Shown here in pieces: positions 9,186 through 18,094 of a DNA stretch of 61,827 bases (its first letter is position 1; each line of letters begins with the position of its first letter). The notes beneath the pieces are model-generated. The model was given only the letters and a program-made list of their open reading frames with translations. It had not been told where the DNA came from and did no database searches. The stretch is from a virus (lineage: Duplodnaviria; Caudoviricetes), in IMG/VR virus record IMGVR_UViG_3300043411_000598, positions 1 through 61,827 of that record. One strand, written 5' to 3'. A program made the translations under genes and the position numbers.

Positions 9186-9351
9186 ACCGAACCAGCCTAA
9201 GCCGCTAACCGTTAAATCTTTCTTGGTGAATTGCGCTCCACCCTTTGCCCGCCAAAGGGTCTCTCAGGCCATGTGATTTGAGCGGCGCAAATGGAGCTGG
9301 GCCGTACCTGAGGCAACCCAGCACTTTCCATTTTTAGCGGGGCTAGAAAAT

Positions 9352-9906
9352 ATGAAGTCTTCTGTTCAAGTAGGCGTGGCTCTTGCCGCGTTGGTAGGGA
9401 TCAATGCGCTGGCTACGAATGCTGATGCAGGCGAGTGGTACGGTGCGGTTCGTCTGGGCCAATCGCAAGCCGATGTCAGCGCTGGCGGTTCAACGATCAG
9501 CTTTGACGAGGGCCTTTCTTACGGCGCGGCTGTTGGTACGTCTGTCGGGCCGGTTCGTGTAGAGGCCGGCGTCAATCGTCTCTCCGGTGATTTCGCTGGC
9601 GTAGTGAACGCCGACGCTCTCGATTGGAATGCAACCGCCTACCTCGATCTTCCAGTAGGGGATAACGCTTCGGTTTATGCCGGCGCGGGCCTGGACTACG
9701 TGGACGGATCAGCCTCCATCTATGGCTACGATATTGATGCCAGCGGGGAGGGCTATCACTTCAGCGTTGGCGCCGCTTATAGACTGAGCGCAAACATGAT
9801 CGGTGAGGTTCAGTACACACAAATCACCGCCGATCTGGATACCGATTTCGGCGGCGTGGATCTCGACGCTTCCAACATTAGCGTCGGCGTTCGCTTTGCT
9901 CTCTGA
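9352..9906 (+). CDS. Outer-membrane beta-barrel protein (OmpA-TM/Ail/Lom-like)
   Basis: Signal peptide ending ADA, amphipathic beta strands, YAGAGLDY, terminal SVGVRFAL. Confidence 0.85.
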   Translation: MKSSVQVGVALAALVGINALATNADAGEWYGAVRLGQSQADVSAGGSTISFDEGLSYGAAVGTSVGPVRVEAGVNRLSGDFAGVVNADALDWNATAYLDLPVGDNASVYAGAGLDYVDGSASIYGYDIDASGEGYHFSVGAAYRLSANMIGEVQYTQITADLDTDFGGVDLDASNISVGVRFAL

Positions 9907-10012
9907 CTTCGCACACTCACTGGGTTTCCCGTTTTCTTCCCAGTGAGACTGTTGCCAGCGTCCTACGGGGTGGCGTGCGAAGATACCCCGTCGTCTTCTC
10001 CTCAAAGAAACT

Positions 10013-10047
10013 GGGCCGCTTCCTCGCAAGGAGCGGCCCTTTTGTTT
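10013..10047 (+). terminator. Intrinsic terminator between OMP and integrase
   Basis: GGGCCGCT...AGCGGCCC followed by TTTTGTTT. Confidence 0.85.
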
Positions 10048-11023
10048 ATCCGGCTTTGCGCGCGTTAGCGATCACAGCGGAAACTGCTTTGATGCCTGGG
10101 AGGTTTACTTCGGCGTTGCGCTGAACATAGACGGCATCCGCCATCTTTTCGGAGTCGCCAATGTGATTCGCAGCAGCCGTAAGATTGCCGCCCAAACCGT
10201 GATAAACGAACGTGGCGCTGGAGCGCCGCAAATCATGGATGCGGCAATCTCCAAGGCCAGCGCGAACCAAAAGGCGCTTTAGTCCTGGGTAGCAAGTCTT
10301 GCACCCTTGGCCGTTCCATTCGATCACGAAATTGGAAGTCGCGCGCTCCTTTGCGTCAGAGAGCAGGGCGAACAGAAAATCATCCATCGGTTGATCGGTG
10401 CGCCGCTTCTTGCTGCGTTCCTCTGGCGCTTCGGTGTCTCGAAACCGAATGACGCGGTTTTCAAAATCCACCAGATCCCAAGTGAGTGCGAGCACGGCGC
10501 CGACGCGCTGGCCCGTTACGAGCAGAATATAACCGGCGTAGCGGAGATGGCTCGGCGCGCGGTCCAGTTCCTTCAAGAGACGCGGTAGTTCTTTCTCTGG
10601 ATGGATAACGCGTTCGCGGGCAGGGCCGGTGGGCGGCAATTCAAAAAACGGTTCTTGCGCCTTGTCGATTAGATCGTATTTCCAAGCGTGGCGAAACGCA
10701 GCGCGCATGATCGTGCAACGCTTGCGACATGTGGCCGGCTCTAAATCCTCAAGCCATTCTTGCACGGCATCTTCAACGCGCTGGCGTGAGCCTTTCTTGA
10801 AGTCGTTGATGCGCCAGTCAGCCCAAAGCTTGGTTGGCTCGGCTAGGCAGATGCGCAACGCGCGCGGGGCCTTGCACTTACGATACGCGTTCGGATTGCT
10901 GCGCGCTGCGATGTAGGCCGCGAAGATTTCGCCCACGGTTGGGTTGAGTGTATCGGATTGTTCGGCTGGGTTCGGGGCTTCTGCCCTAACTACTGCGAGT
11001 TGCGCGCTCACTAAGCTCTCCAA
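10046..11023 (-). CDS. int: Tyrosine recombinase/integrase
   Basis: TGQRVGAV (R), RIHDLRRS (HxxR) and C-terminal catalytic Y in DAVYV. Start uncertain. Confidence 0.9.
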   Translation of the reverse strand: MESLVSAQLAVVRAEAPNPAEQSDTLNPTVGEIFAAYIAARSNPNAYRKCKAPRALRICLAEPTKLWADWRINDFKKGSRQRVEDAVQEWLEDLEPATCRKRCTIMRAAFRHAWKYDLIDKAQEPFFELPPTGPARERVIHPEKELPRLLKELDRAPSHLRYAGYILLVTGQRVGAVLALTWDLVDFENRVIRFRDTEAPEERSKKRRTDQPMDDFLFALLSDAKERATSNFVIEWNGQGCKTCYPGLKRLLVRAGLGDCRIHDLRRSSATFVYHGLGGNLTAAANHIGDSEKMADAVYVQRNAEVNLPGIKAVSAVIANARKAG

Positions 11024-11185
11024 ATCTCAGGCCGCACGCATCTCATGCTAGGAACGGTGCGGACAAGATGACGTTCGACCTGAACGCTTGAGATTAGGTT
11101 AGCTTGCGGCGTCCGTGGAGACAAGAACGTATTGGCAACTGATGTGGATAGCGCACCCTACCCGGTTAGAGTAGGGTGCTTCACG

Positions 11186-11626
11186 TTAGACTTGGCTCCA
11201 GTACCCATAGACGCATCGCGTTCCGTCCCGCGAGCAATCGTAAGTGTCGTGAATGGCGCCGTCGATCATCGCCACGTAATGGCGACTGACGGCGACGATC
11301 AGATTGCCGCTCGGTAGTTCATCCGCCTTGAGATGAACCTTGCAGCCCTGACCGATTTGCATTGTCGGCGTCCACATCCAGCCAAGCGCTTTCATGTAGT
11401 CGCGAAAGCCTTTGCGCTTTGTGTAGATGCCGCCGCGAGCAGATCGTTTGCCGGCGGTCTTGCCCGTTCGGCGCGTGATCCTTTCGCGGCTATTGATGTG
11501 GGCGAGTGCTTCATAGACTTCCGCGTAGGGCTTGCCTGTGGCTATCGCCACCGCTCGCGCTACGCAATCGCCAGCCTTTCCTTCAAAGCCAGCATCCGCG
11601 CGCCCGCCGTCATTATAGACGTGCAT
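11186..11626 (-). CDS. Conserved phage protein, possible papain-like (C-H-D) fold
   Basis: GDCVARAVAIATG ... HYVAMIDGAIHD; strong RBS GAAGGA. Confidence 0.6.
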   Translation of the reverse strand: MHVYNDGGRADAGFEGKAGDCVARAVAIATGKPYAEVYEALAHINSRERITRRTGKTAGKRSARGGIYTKRKGFRDYMKALGWMWTPTMQIGQGCKVHLKADELPSGNLIVAVSRHYVAMIDGAIHDTYDCSRDGTRCVYGYWSQV

Positions 11627-11641
11627 TGGGTGATCCTTCTT

Positions 11642-11692
11642 TTGTCAAAGAGCCTGCGAGCACGTTTCCGAACTCGCACACGCATTATAGCA
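11642..11692 (-). promoter_or_regulatory. Extended -10 promoter, hairpin and boxA-like site
   Basis: Minus strand TGcTATAAT, hairpin TGCGAG/CTCGCA, then GCTCTTTGACAA. Confidence 0.7.
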
Positions 11693-11867
11693 AATCGACT
11701 TTTCGGATTTTGGCGGTTTGCGCGGTTTCTCGAATTACACGCCTTGGTTTGCTTGGATTATTTCCAGCGAACCGCCGCTATTGACACGATGGGCAATGGG
11801 TTTTGGTGGCGTGTAATCTGCGTTTCGCGTCAGAAACCCCTTGCGGCACAAGGCCAAAAATAAATTT

Positions 11868-12410
11868 CTAGGCCGCAATTGGCGGCAAGTGTTTCCACTG
11901 CTTGCCTGTCGCAATGCGGTTAATTTGAGCGATGCTAACGTTGTAGCGGTCAGCGATTTGTTGCCGCGTCATTGTCTTGCTCGCACAAAGCGCGCGAACC
12001 TCTTGCACATGATTTGGCGTGAGCTTGTGCCGACGCTTCGGATTGTGAGCTGGGCAGTAAACCTTGTTGGCCGTTGCATGTGCCTGATTGGAGGCGTCGT
12101 CAGCCCATTCCAAATTGTCGGCGTGATTGTTCAGCTTGTTCAAGTCGAGATGGTTCACGTCAGGAAGCGCATTAGGGTTGGAGATCCATGCGAGCGCTAC
12201 TGCGCGGTGAACGCGGACTTGCTTTCCAGCGCCGCGCTTACCCTTTGTCACCGGCCCAGGTTCACGCAAGAACATCGCGACAATCACGTAGCCGTTTTGA
12301 GTGACCCTTTGGGTTAGTTCGCGCTTGCTATCGACGCGGCGCACGCGCCCGCAGCGCGTCACCTCATAGGCGCCATAAAACCCCGGCACGATCTTCCATT
12401 CGTCTTCCAC
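11868..12410 (-). CDS. NUMOD4-HNH homing endonuclease with C-terminal HTH
   Basis: EWKIVPGF..YEV, VHRAVA, VNHLDLNKLNN..NLEW. Start refined to GTG 12410. Confidence 0.9.
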   Translation of the reverse strand: MEDEWKIVPGFYGAYEVTRCGRVRRVDSKRELTQRVTQNGYVIVAMFLREPGPVTKGKRGAGKQVRVHRAVALAWISNPNALPDVNHLDLNKLNNHADNLEWADDASNQAHATANKVYCPAHNPKRRHKLTPNHVQEVRALCASKTMTRQQIADRYNVSIAQINRIATGKQWKHLPPIAA

Positions 12411-12634
12411 TAGGATGTCATCCTCTCCGCTCAGGGTATCACTCAGGACATGCTCGACGTGACAACGGCAGCCAGCACGAGCACGCCAGCGATGAAAAGA
12501 TTGAGCCACGCATTGGCGACGTTGCGCGTTCGCAGATCGGGGAACGCAGCCTTGTGCGTCATGCGGACCATGAGGGCAGCAGCGAGCAGCCCGATGAATC
12601 CGGTGACAACGCTAAAGACTGAAAGGCTCACGTT

Positions 12635-13195
12635 TCACCTGTCTGTTCTTGTTGAAGGGGAGGGATCTATCGCACCCGGTACTGTCGGCCAGTAACGCCC
12701 GCTCGCGATCTTCATGGCAGTCGATGACGTTATGCCGTACTCGCGGGCGAGGGATGGATAGCTGGCGCCCGCACGTCGCTTGTCGCGCAACGCGATCACG
12801 TCATCCGGCGTGAGCTTCTTCCACCGCCCTTCATGCTGAGATGCGTCGTAGATGCCAGTGGAACGGGCGTGGTCATGGTTATCTTGCTGCGTGGCCCACT
12901 CAAGATTCGGCACGCAATTATTGGCGCGATCCAAGTCCCGGTGATTGACCTGCGGCTTCCCATCGGGGTTAGGGATGAACGCCAGCGCCACAAGCCTATG
13001 AACCCGCATAGTCTTGGATTGCGAACGGACGCCGTTCTCACGCGGAGCCGGTGGGCCGGCGATCATCGCTACAGTCAAGTAGCCGCGATAGTTGGCTCGC
13101 AAGGTACGCTCGCGCTTGGTCGCGATGAACCGAACGCGGCCGTCATCGCTGACTTCGTATCGCTCAAAGCCCGGAATGGTTCTCCATTCGGTCAA
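12635..13195 (-). CDS. NUMOD4-HNH homing endonuclease with C-terminal HTH
   Basis: EWRTIPGFERYEVS, VHRLVA, VNHRDLDRANN..NLEW. Confidence 0.9.
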   Translation of the reverse strand: MTEWRTIPGFERYEVSDDGRVRFIATKRERTLRANYRGYLTVAMIAGPPAPRENGVRSQSKTMRVHRLVALAFIPNPDGKPQVNHRDLDRANNCVPNLEWATQQDNHDHARSTGIYDASQHEGRWKKLTPDDVIALRDKRRAGASYPSLAREYGITSSTAMKIASGRYWPTVPGAIDPSPSTRTDR

Positions 13196-14043
13196 GCATC
13201 ATCCTCCTTGGACGGGACATTGCTCGGGACCATTCCGACGCCGCGTGTGCTCGCCCCATGCTCAGTGCAAGTGTCGTGGAAAATGCGAGCGTCGCCGTAG
13301 CCCCACACGCTTTCACCCCAGCGAAAGCCCTTCATGCATCCCGCGCAACGAGCAAACGCCCAGCGTTTGAACTGCTGCCATGGGTGAACCTGAAACTTCC
13401 AATGGTGGACGTGCCAGCGCGGATGGCGCCACCACGGCTTGAAGCGGCGGTTAAGCGCCGCCGCGATGAGGCGCACCAATTGCTCAGTGTTTTCCACCGA
13501 GGAGAGGTTGTCGTGCGAGCACAGGGCAAGGCTCGACACGGAGTCGATCACCGAGCGTTGGCGCATGAAAGGCTTTGCATACCAAGGTGCGCCGTGTGCG
13601 CCGGACTTGCCGTTCTGCCCATTCCACCAGCGGCGCGTTTCGAGTTCCTGCGCCACCAACCAAACAACAGCGAGGCAGTCCGCTGCCGATAGGCGCGGCC
13701 AAGATAGTTGCTCCTCAGAGATGCCCTCGTAGAACACGGCATTCGTCACGACACGCCGGTTCAGAGCAAGCTTGACCTCATGCACGAAGCCTTGATCGCG
13801 GAGCACATAAGCGACCGCATCGGCGTACTCGCCCGGCGTGCGATCAAACCAGCCGCAGCTATCGTCGCGGCGGTTGCCCGTGTTCGGCCGCTCCGGGTCA
13901 ACGTGCCAGATCGTGATGAAGCTTGAATGGTAGGTGCGCAGAAAGTCGTTCGGCTTGACGCCCCGCGCATCACACCACTTCTTAGAGTGCGCGCGCCAAG
14001 GATACTTGATCTCGTGCGCGACGGTTTGCGGATCGTAGCCCAT
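13192..14043 (-). CDS. Hypothetical phage protein (Trp/His-rich)
   Basis: Long ORF coupled to both neighbours. Confidence 0.65.
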   Translation of the reverse strand: MGYDPQTVAHEIKYPWRAHSKKWCDARGVKPNDFLRTYHSSFITIWHVDPERPNTGNRRDDSCGWFDRTPGEYADAVAYVLRDQGFVHEVKLALNRRVVTNAVFYEGISEEQLSWPRLSAADCLAVVWLVAQELETRRWWNGQNGKSGAHGAPWYAKPFMRQRSVIDSVSSLALCSHDNLSSVENTEQLVRLIAAALNRRFKPWWRHPRWHVHHWKFQVHPWQQFKRWAFARCAGCMKGFRWGESVWGYGDARIFHDTCTEHGASTRGVGMVPSNVPSKEDDA

Positions 14044-14342
14044 CAGCGGTTCTTTCTTTTGCGGTCGAGAATGTCAGACATGAGGTGGTGTTTGCCCTCA
14101 CGCTGAAACCACTCTTCGCTTTCTTCGGGCGAAGCATCGAAGTCGCCGTTCAGATGACGATCACGAAGCGCAATAGCGGCTGGCGTGCCGGCTTTCTGCA
14201 AGTCCTCAGCAAGCTGCAGGCACGGCGTCGCGAGAGGAGAGAGGAAGTCGTGGTAGTAGCCCTGCGCTGCGAGCACGGCCATGTTGCCAAGTCCCGCCTT
14301 GTGAAGTTCAGCCGCCAGCTTGTCTTTCGTGTGCATAGTCAC
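14043..14342 (-). CDS. Hypothetical phage protein
   Basis: Coupled ORF with RBS. Confidence 0.6.
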   Translation of the reverse strand: MTMHTKDKLAAELHKAGLGNMAVLAAQGYYHDFLSPLATPCLQLAEDLQKAGTPAAIALRDRHLNGDFDASPEESEEWFQREGKHHLMSDILDRKRKNR

Positions 14343-14378
14343 TCATCCTCTCTGTGCTGGTCCGTGCTTGGGCGCATT

Positions 14379-14936
14379 TCAGCCGGGGCCATCGCGTCCA
14401 ACTTTCTGTTTCATCGGGAAGCGTCGCTTCTTTTCCGCAATGCGCTCGCGCGCGACATAAAGGGGGAGGGGCGCATAGTCCGTGTGTTCGACGCAGACGC
14501 ATAGATAGCGACCGTCAGGAATGTCATTGGCGTGTAGATGTCCGTGCACGTTCGTTTGGAAGCGCTCTGTGACGCACTCCGGGTGCAGCGGAATGTGCGA
14601 GAGGATCATGTCATCCAGCACACGCACGCCGTAAATCTCATCGAAGTGGGCGTAGTAGTCCTCAGTGCCGAAGATGTCGTGGTTGCCACGGATCAGGCGT
14701 TTCTTGCCGTTCAGGCGCCCAAGGATGTGTAGGTGCTTGCGGGCGATCACTACGTCGCCGAGGTGATACACCTTGTCATGCGGGCGAACGACGGCATTCC
14801 AGCGCTGCACCATCTCCTCGTCCATCTCGTCAGCATTGGCGAACGGACGCAGCGGCGAGCCATCAGCGCGCGTGAATGTCGTGCAGCACTTCTCGTGGCC
14901 GAAGTGTGTATCGGAGATCAGGAAGTGTTCCGGCAC
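14379..14936 (-). CDS. Calcineurin-like metallophosphoesterase
   Basis: SDTHFGH, HLGD, GNHD, SHIP and HGHLH motifs. Confidence 0.92.
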   Translation of the reverse strand: MPEHFLISDTHFGHEKCCTTFTRADGSPLRPFANADEMDEEMVQRWNAVVRPHDKVYHLGDVVIARKHLHILGRLNGKKRLIRGNHDIFGTEDYYAHFDEIYGVRVLDDMILSHIPLHPECVTERFQTNVHGHLHANDIPDGRYLCVCVEHTDYAPLPLYVARERIAEKKRRFPMKQKVGRDGPG

Positions 14937-14985
14937 TACACGGAATCCTTTCCGGATGTGACGCTCGATAAGAACATTCCGACCT

Positions 14986-17438
14986 TCATTGCGACACGTA
15001 GAGCCAGCGATCAGGCTCCCTCTCTAAAAGATCAACGAGCAGGGGGAGGTTCGATCCCTCAAGCTGAGGATCGGCGGCGATGGCCGCACGCCACGCGGCA
15101 AAGTCAGTCGGCCGTGTGAGCCAATCGAAGTCGTACGGATCATCGTTGCTGCGAACGTCCTCCCTTGGAAGGGTACCCATCACGTTGCGCGCGAAGTGCT
15201 TATGGCCGCCGTTCGCGCTGGACTCGGGCTCCCATTCTGGATGGTTGCGCCAGTCTGTGCGTGTGCGCAGATAGAGGTGAACGCTCACAGGCTATGCCCC
15301 TCCCTGGGCGGCATCCACGAAGTTTTGTAGTGCCGCAATGTCTTGCTTCGCGGCGACGAGTTCGGCGGCTACGCTGTTCTGCACACCAGGATGCATGATC
15401 AGCTCAGCCTTCTGCACGTGCCAGTCCATGCTCGACGCATGCTTAAACCGTCGCATCCAGCGACCGTGCGCAAACTCTTCCACTAGCGCCTTATCCTCTG
15501 AATCAAGCGCTGCGAGGAGGGCAACGCGAGCGTCCGCCTCTGCGTGGTTCGGCGCAATGTTGCGCTGCGCCGTGAGCGCCTTCGCCGCGCGGGTGAGCAT
15601 GTCAGTCATCGGAGCGTTCCTTGAGAGCGCCATGGGCTGGCAAGACGCCATCCTGCGGAAGATCGAACCAAACAGAACACGAGCTAACTTCGTAGTCGTA
15701 TTCGGTCGCTTCGTTCGGGTCGCAGATGAATCCGTTGTGCGGGTTCGACCATCGAACGGTCGCCCATCCAAGCATCGCTTGGTGCGCGTGTCTGCCGTAG
15801 GCAACAATGCGGCGGTCCTTTGGAGCGCATTCCATTGACGAGATAGAGTAGGTCGTCATTCGCGTTGGTCCTCGATAGGGTCATGCTCGCCGCACCAAAT
15901 ATCGGCCGCTGTGGTTTGATATTCGCTCATGTGCGGCGGATAGCGTCGGCACTGGCCTTCGGTCGGATCGCCCTGATACGGCGGCTCCGTGTATTTATGA
16001 CCGGCTGAGTAGGGGTCAGCCTTCCAGAAGCGGCAGTTGGCGCATGAGTCAGTCACCGCGCTTTGGCTCCATTGAGGCATTCCACCACGCGCCAGCGGGA
16101 AGAGGTTGGCCGTCACCGCTGATGAATGGTTTTGCGGGATAGCCTTTTTCAACCAGCATCGACGCCCATGCACACATCGGCCCGACGCGTGCGCGGTTGC
16201 GCGCAAGCCAGCACAGCGCATTGTGCTCCCAAATGTAAGTTGGCCTCGCGTTGTTCCACGATCCGCTTTTTGGGCAGAGTGATGAGGTCAGCAGTTCGCC
16301 TAGCAACGCTCCAGCTTCTGCGATTTCGTCGTCGTCAGTCATCTTGTCTGTCAACTTCCTCTGGAGCGTCCTGCTCGGTCGCGTTTTCGTCGATATATTT
16401 CGCACCATCGCGGATCCCCGCAATCGAGGTCCGTATCGTGTGCGGCAGCAACCAGAACTTCCACCATGCGTGATCCGCAAGCCAGTATTCGATCACATCG
16501 ACGGCTTGCATCATGCCGGCGGCGTAGGCGCGGCGCTCGGCCGGTGTGTTGTCATTAGTGACGATCATTCGGAGCGCTCCTTATCCGAGCACACTCCGAC
16601 TGAGATCATCTCCGACACGAACTCTTCGACGTTGGTGAAAACGTTCGGGTCGTCGATAGGCTCGTTGCTGATCAGCTCGGGCGGGTAAGTCGCGTCATAG
16701 AGCCGTTGCACGTCCGCGCACGTTACGTTGACCCCGTAGCCGCTCAGCACGTCCGCCAATGGCGTTTTGCCGCCTTCGGAGATCAGCCTTCCAACTTCCA
16801 TGTAGAGCGGTGCTAGGAAGCCATCGACTGCCGCTTGCAGCGTGGTGACGCGCTCGCACGCCTCATCCTCGCCCGCCTTTACTATGTCGTAGTGGCTTGA
16901 CCAAATCCGGTTTTGCGCGGCGAGGTGCGGCACCACGTCGAGCGCGGCCAAGATAATGTTGATGTTATTCGATAGCGTCGCAGAAACCACGGCGTCATCA
17001 TCGGAACGCAGAAGGTGCGCGGTGTAGGCAAAATCGCTCGCACTAAATCCGCCCGTGTTGTCCGTCATTCATCTCTCCTGTACGTCATCTCGTGAGGGAA
17101 GGGGGCGGTTCATTCGTAGTCCTCCGCGTGCTTGATGCGGTCGAGGTGGTAGCGCCACTGGTTCTCCCACGCGAACGGGATGCGGCTCGCAGCGTGGTAA
17201 CCGCGACACTGCCAAAACCAATTCCAGTAAGAGACGTTCGGCCCCATCACTTCTCTCCTGTACGTGTGCCGTGTTCGGACTGGACTGCCTTGCGCGCGAC
17301 ATACCGATAGAGGATTGGCGGGCCTCCGCAGAAGAACCCGACTCCGGGCGCGCCGCGTGATTGCCCGCAGTGCCGGCAGTACGTGTCAGGCCAATTGGCG
17401 CTTGAGCTTCCTCCAACCCAGTAATGACTCAACATCAC
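14986..17438 (-). other. Cluster of about 8 small coupled hypothetical early genes
   Basis: ORFs at 14986-15288, 15292-, 15602-15859, 15856-, 16049-, 16335-16568, 16565-17068 and 17247-17438, with overlapping start/stops and GGAG RBSs. Confidence 0.6.
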
Positions 17439-18094
17439 TTCCGCTCCTGCATTGAACCCAAACCGTCATGCGCTGCCTTGAGGACCGTGACAGACCGCGC
17501 CATGCCTAGCAGCAAGTCGCGAAACGCGGCCGGCGTCGTGTTGCGGATGCGCTTCTTGTGCTTGCCGCCGATCATCGCGACCATGCCGATGCGCCTGGCC
17601 TTCTCGTAGCCGTAGCGCTCCAGCGCGATCGGATGCAGGCGCTGTTCGCCAAGCGTCCAGTTCAGTTCTGGCGGGCGTAGGTTGTTCACGTAGAGCCACG
17701 TTGGTTTGTTCGACATGTGGCCGTAATGGCCTTGCTCAACGTAGCAGGTGAGCCCGCCGCACCAGTCCGCATGCGTCCAGCCGGCGCCGCGCCGTGGCGG
17801 ATTGAGATTGAAGTGCGACCAGGCCGCGCTATCGGCGGGGTGCTCCAGGACTCCACCGAAGCAACGCACGGCGGAGAGCGCAGCGGCGAAGCAGCCGCCA
17901 TCGTCGCCCTTCTTGTATTGGTGCGGCTTGCGCGTGGAGCCGTGCCAAAACCGCCCCCAGCGCTCGCACGGCGGGTGAGCCACTACAGGGAAGGGGCCGG
18001 CATAGGTCCGCGCATCGCGTTCCGCGTCCCACGGATCGACGTTCGGCAGGCCATAATAGGCACCGTCCTTTTCGACATAGAGCGCGGCGACCAT
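17435..18094 (-). CDS. DNA cytosine methyltransferase-like protein
   Basis: VAALYV, HPPC (catalytic PC), VLEHP (ENV-like), KPTWLY. Start refined to ATG 18094. Confidence 0.6.
   Translation of the reverse strand: MVAALYVEKDGAYYGLPNVDPWDAERDARTYAGPFPVVAHPPCERWGRFWHGSTRKPHQYKKGDDGGCFAAALSAVRCFGGVLEHPADSAAWSHFNLNPPRRGAGWTHADWCGGLTCYVEQGHYGHMSNKPTWLYVNNLRPPELNWTLGEQRLHPIALERYGYEKARRIGMVAMIGGKHKKRIRNTTPAAFRDLLLGMARSVTVLKAAHDGLGSMQERK

Noticed and set aside
9249-9271. Glycine riboswitch-like string CGCCAAAGGGTCTCTCAGGC
   Set aside because: GAA is replaced by AAA, there is no room for P3b, and there is no upstream GGAGA/P1-P2.
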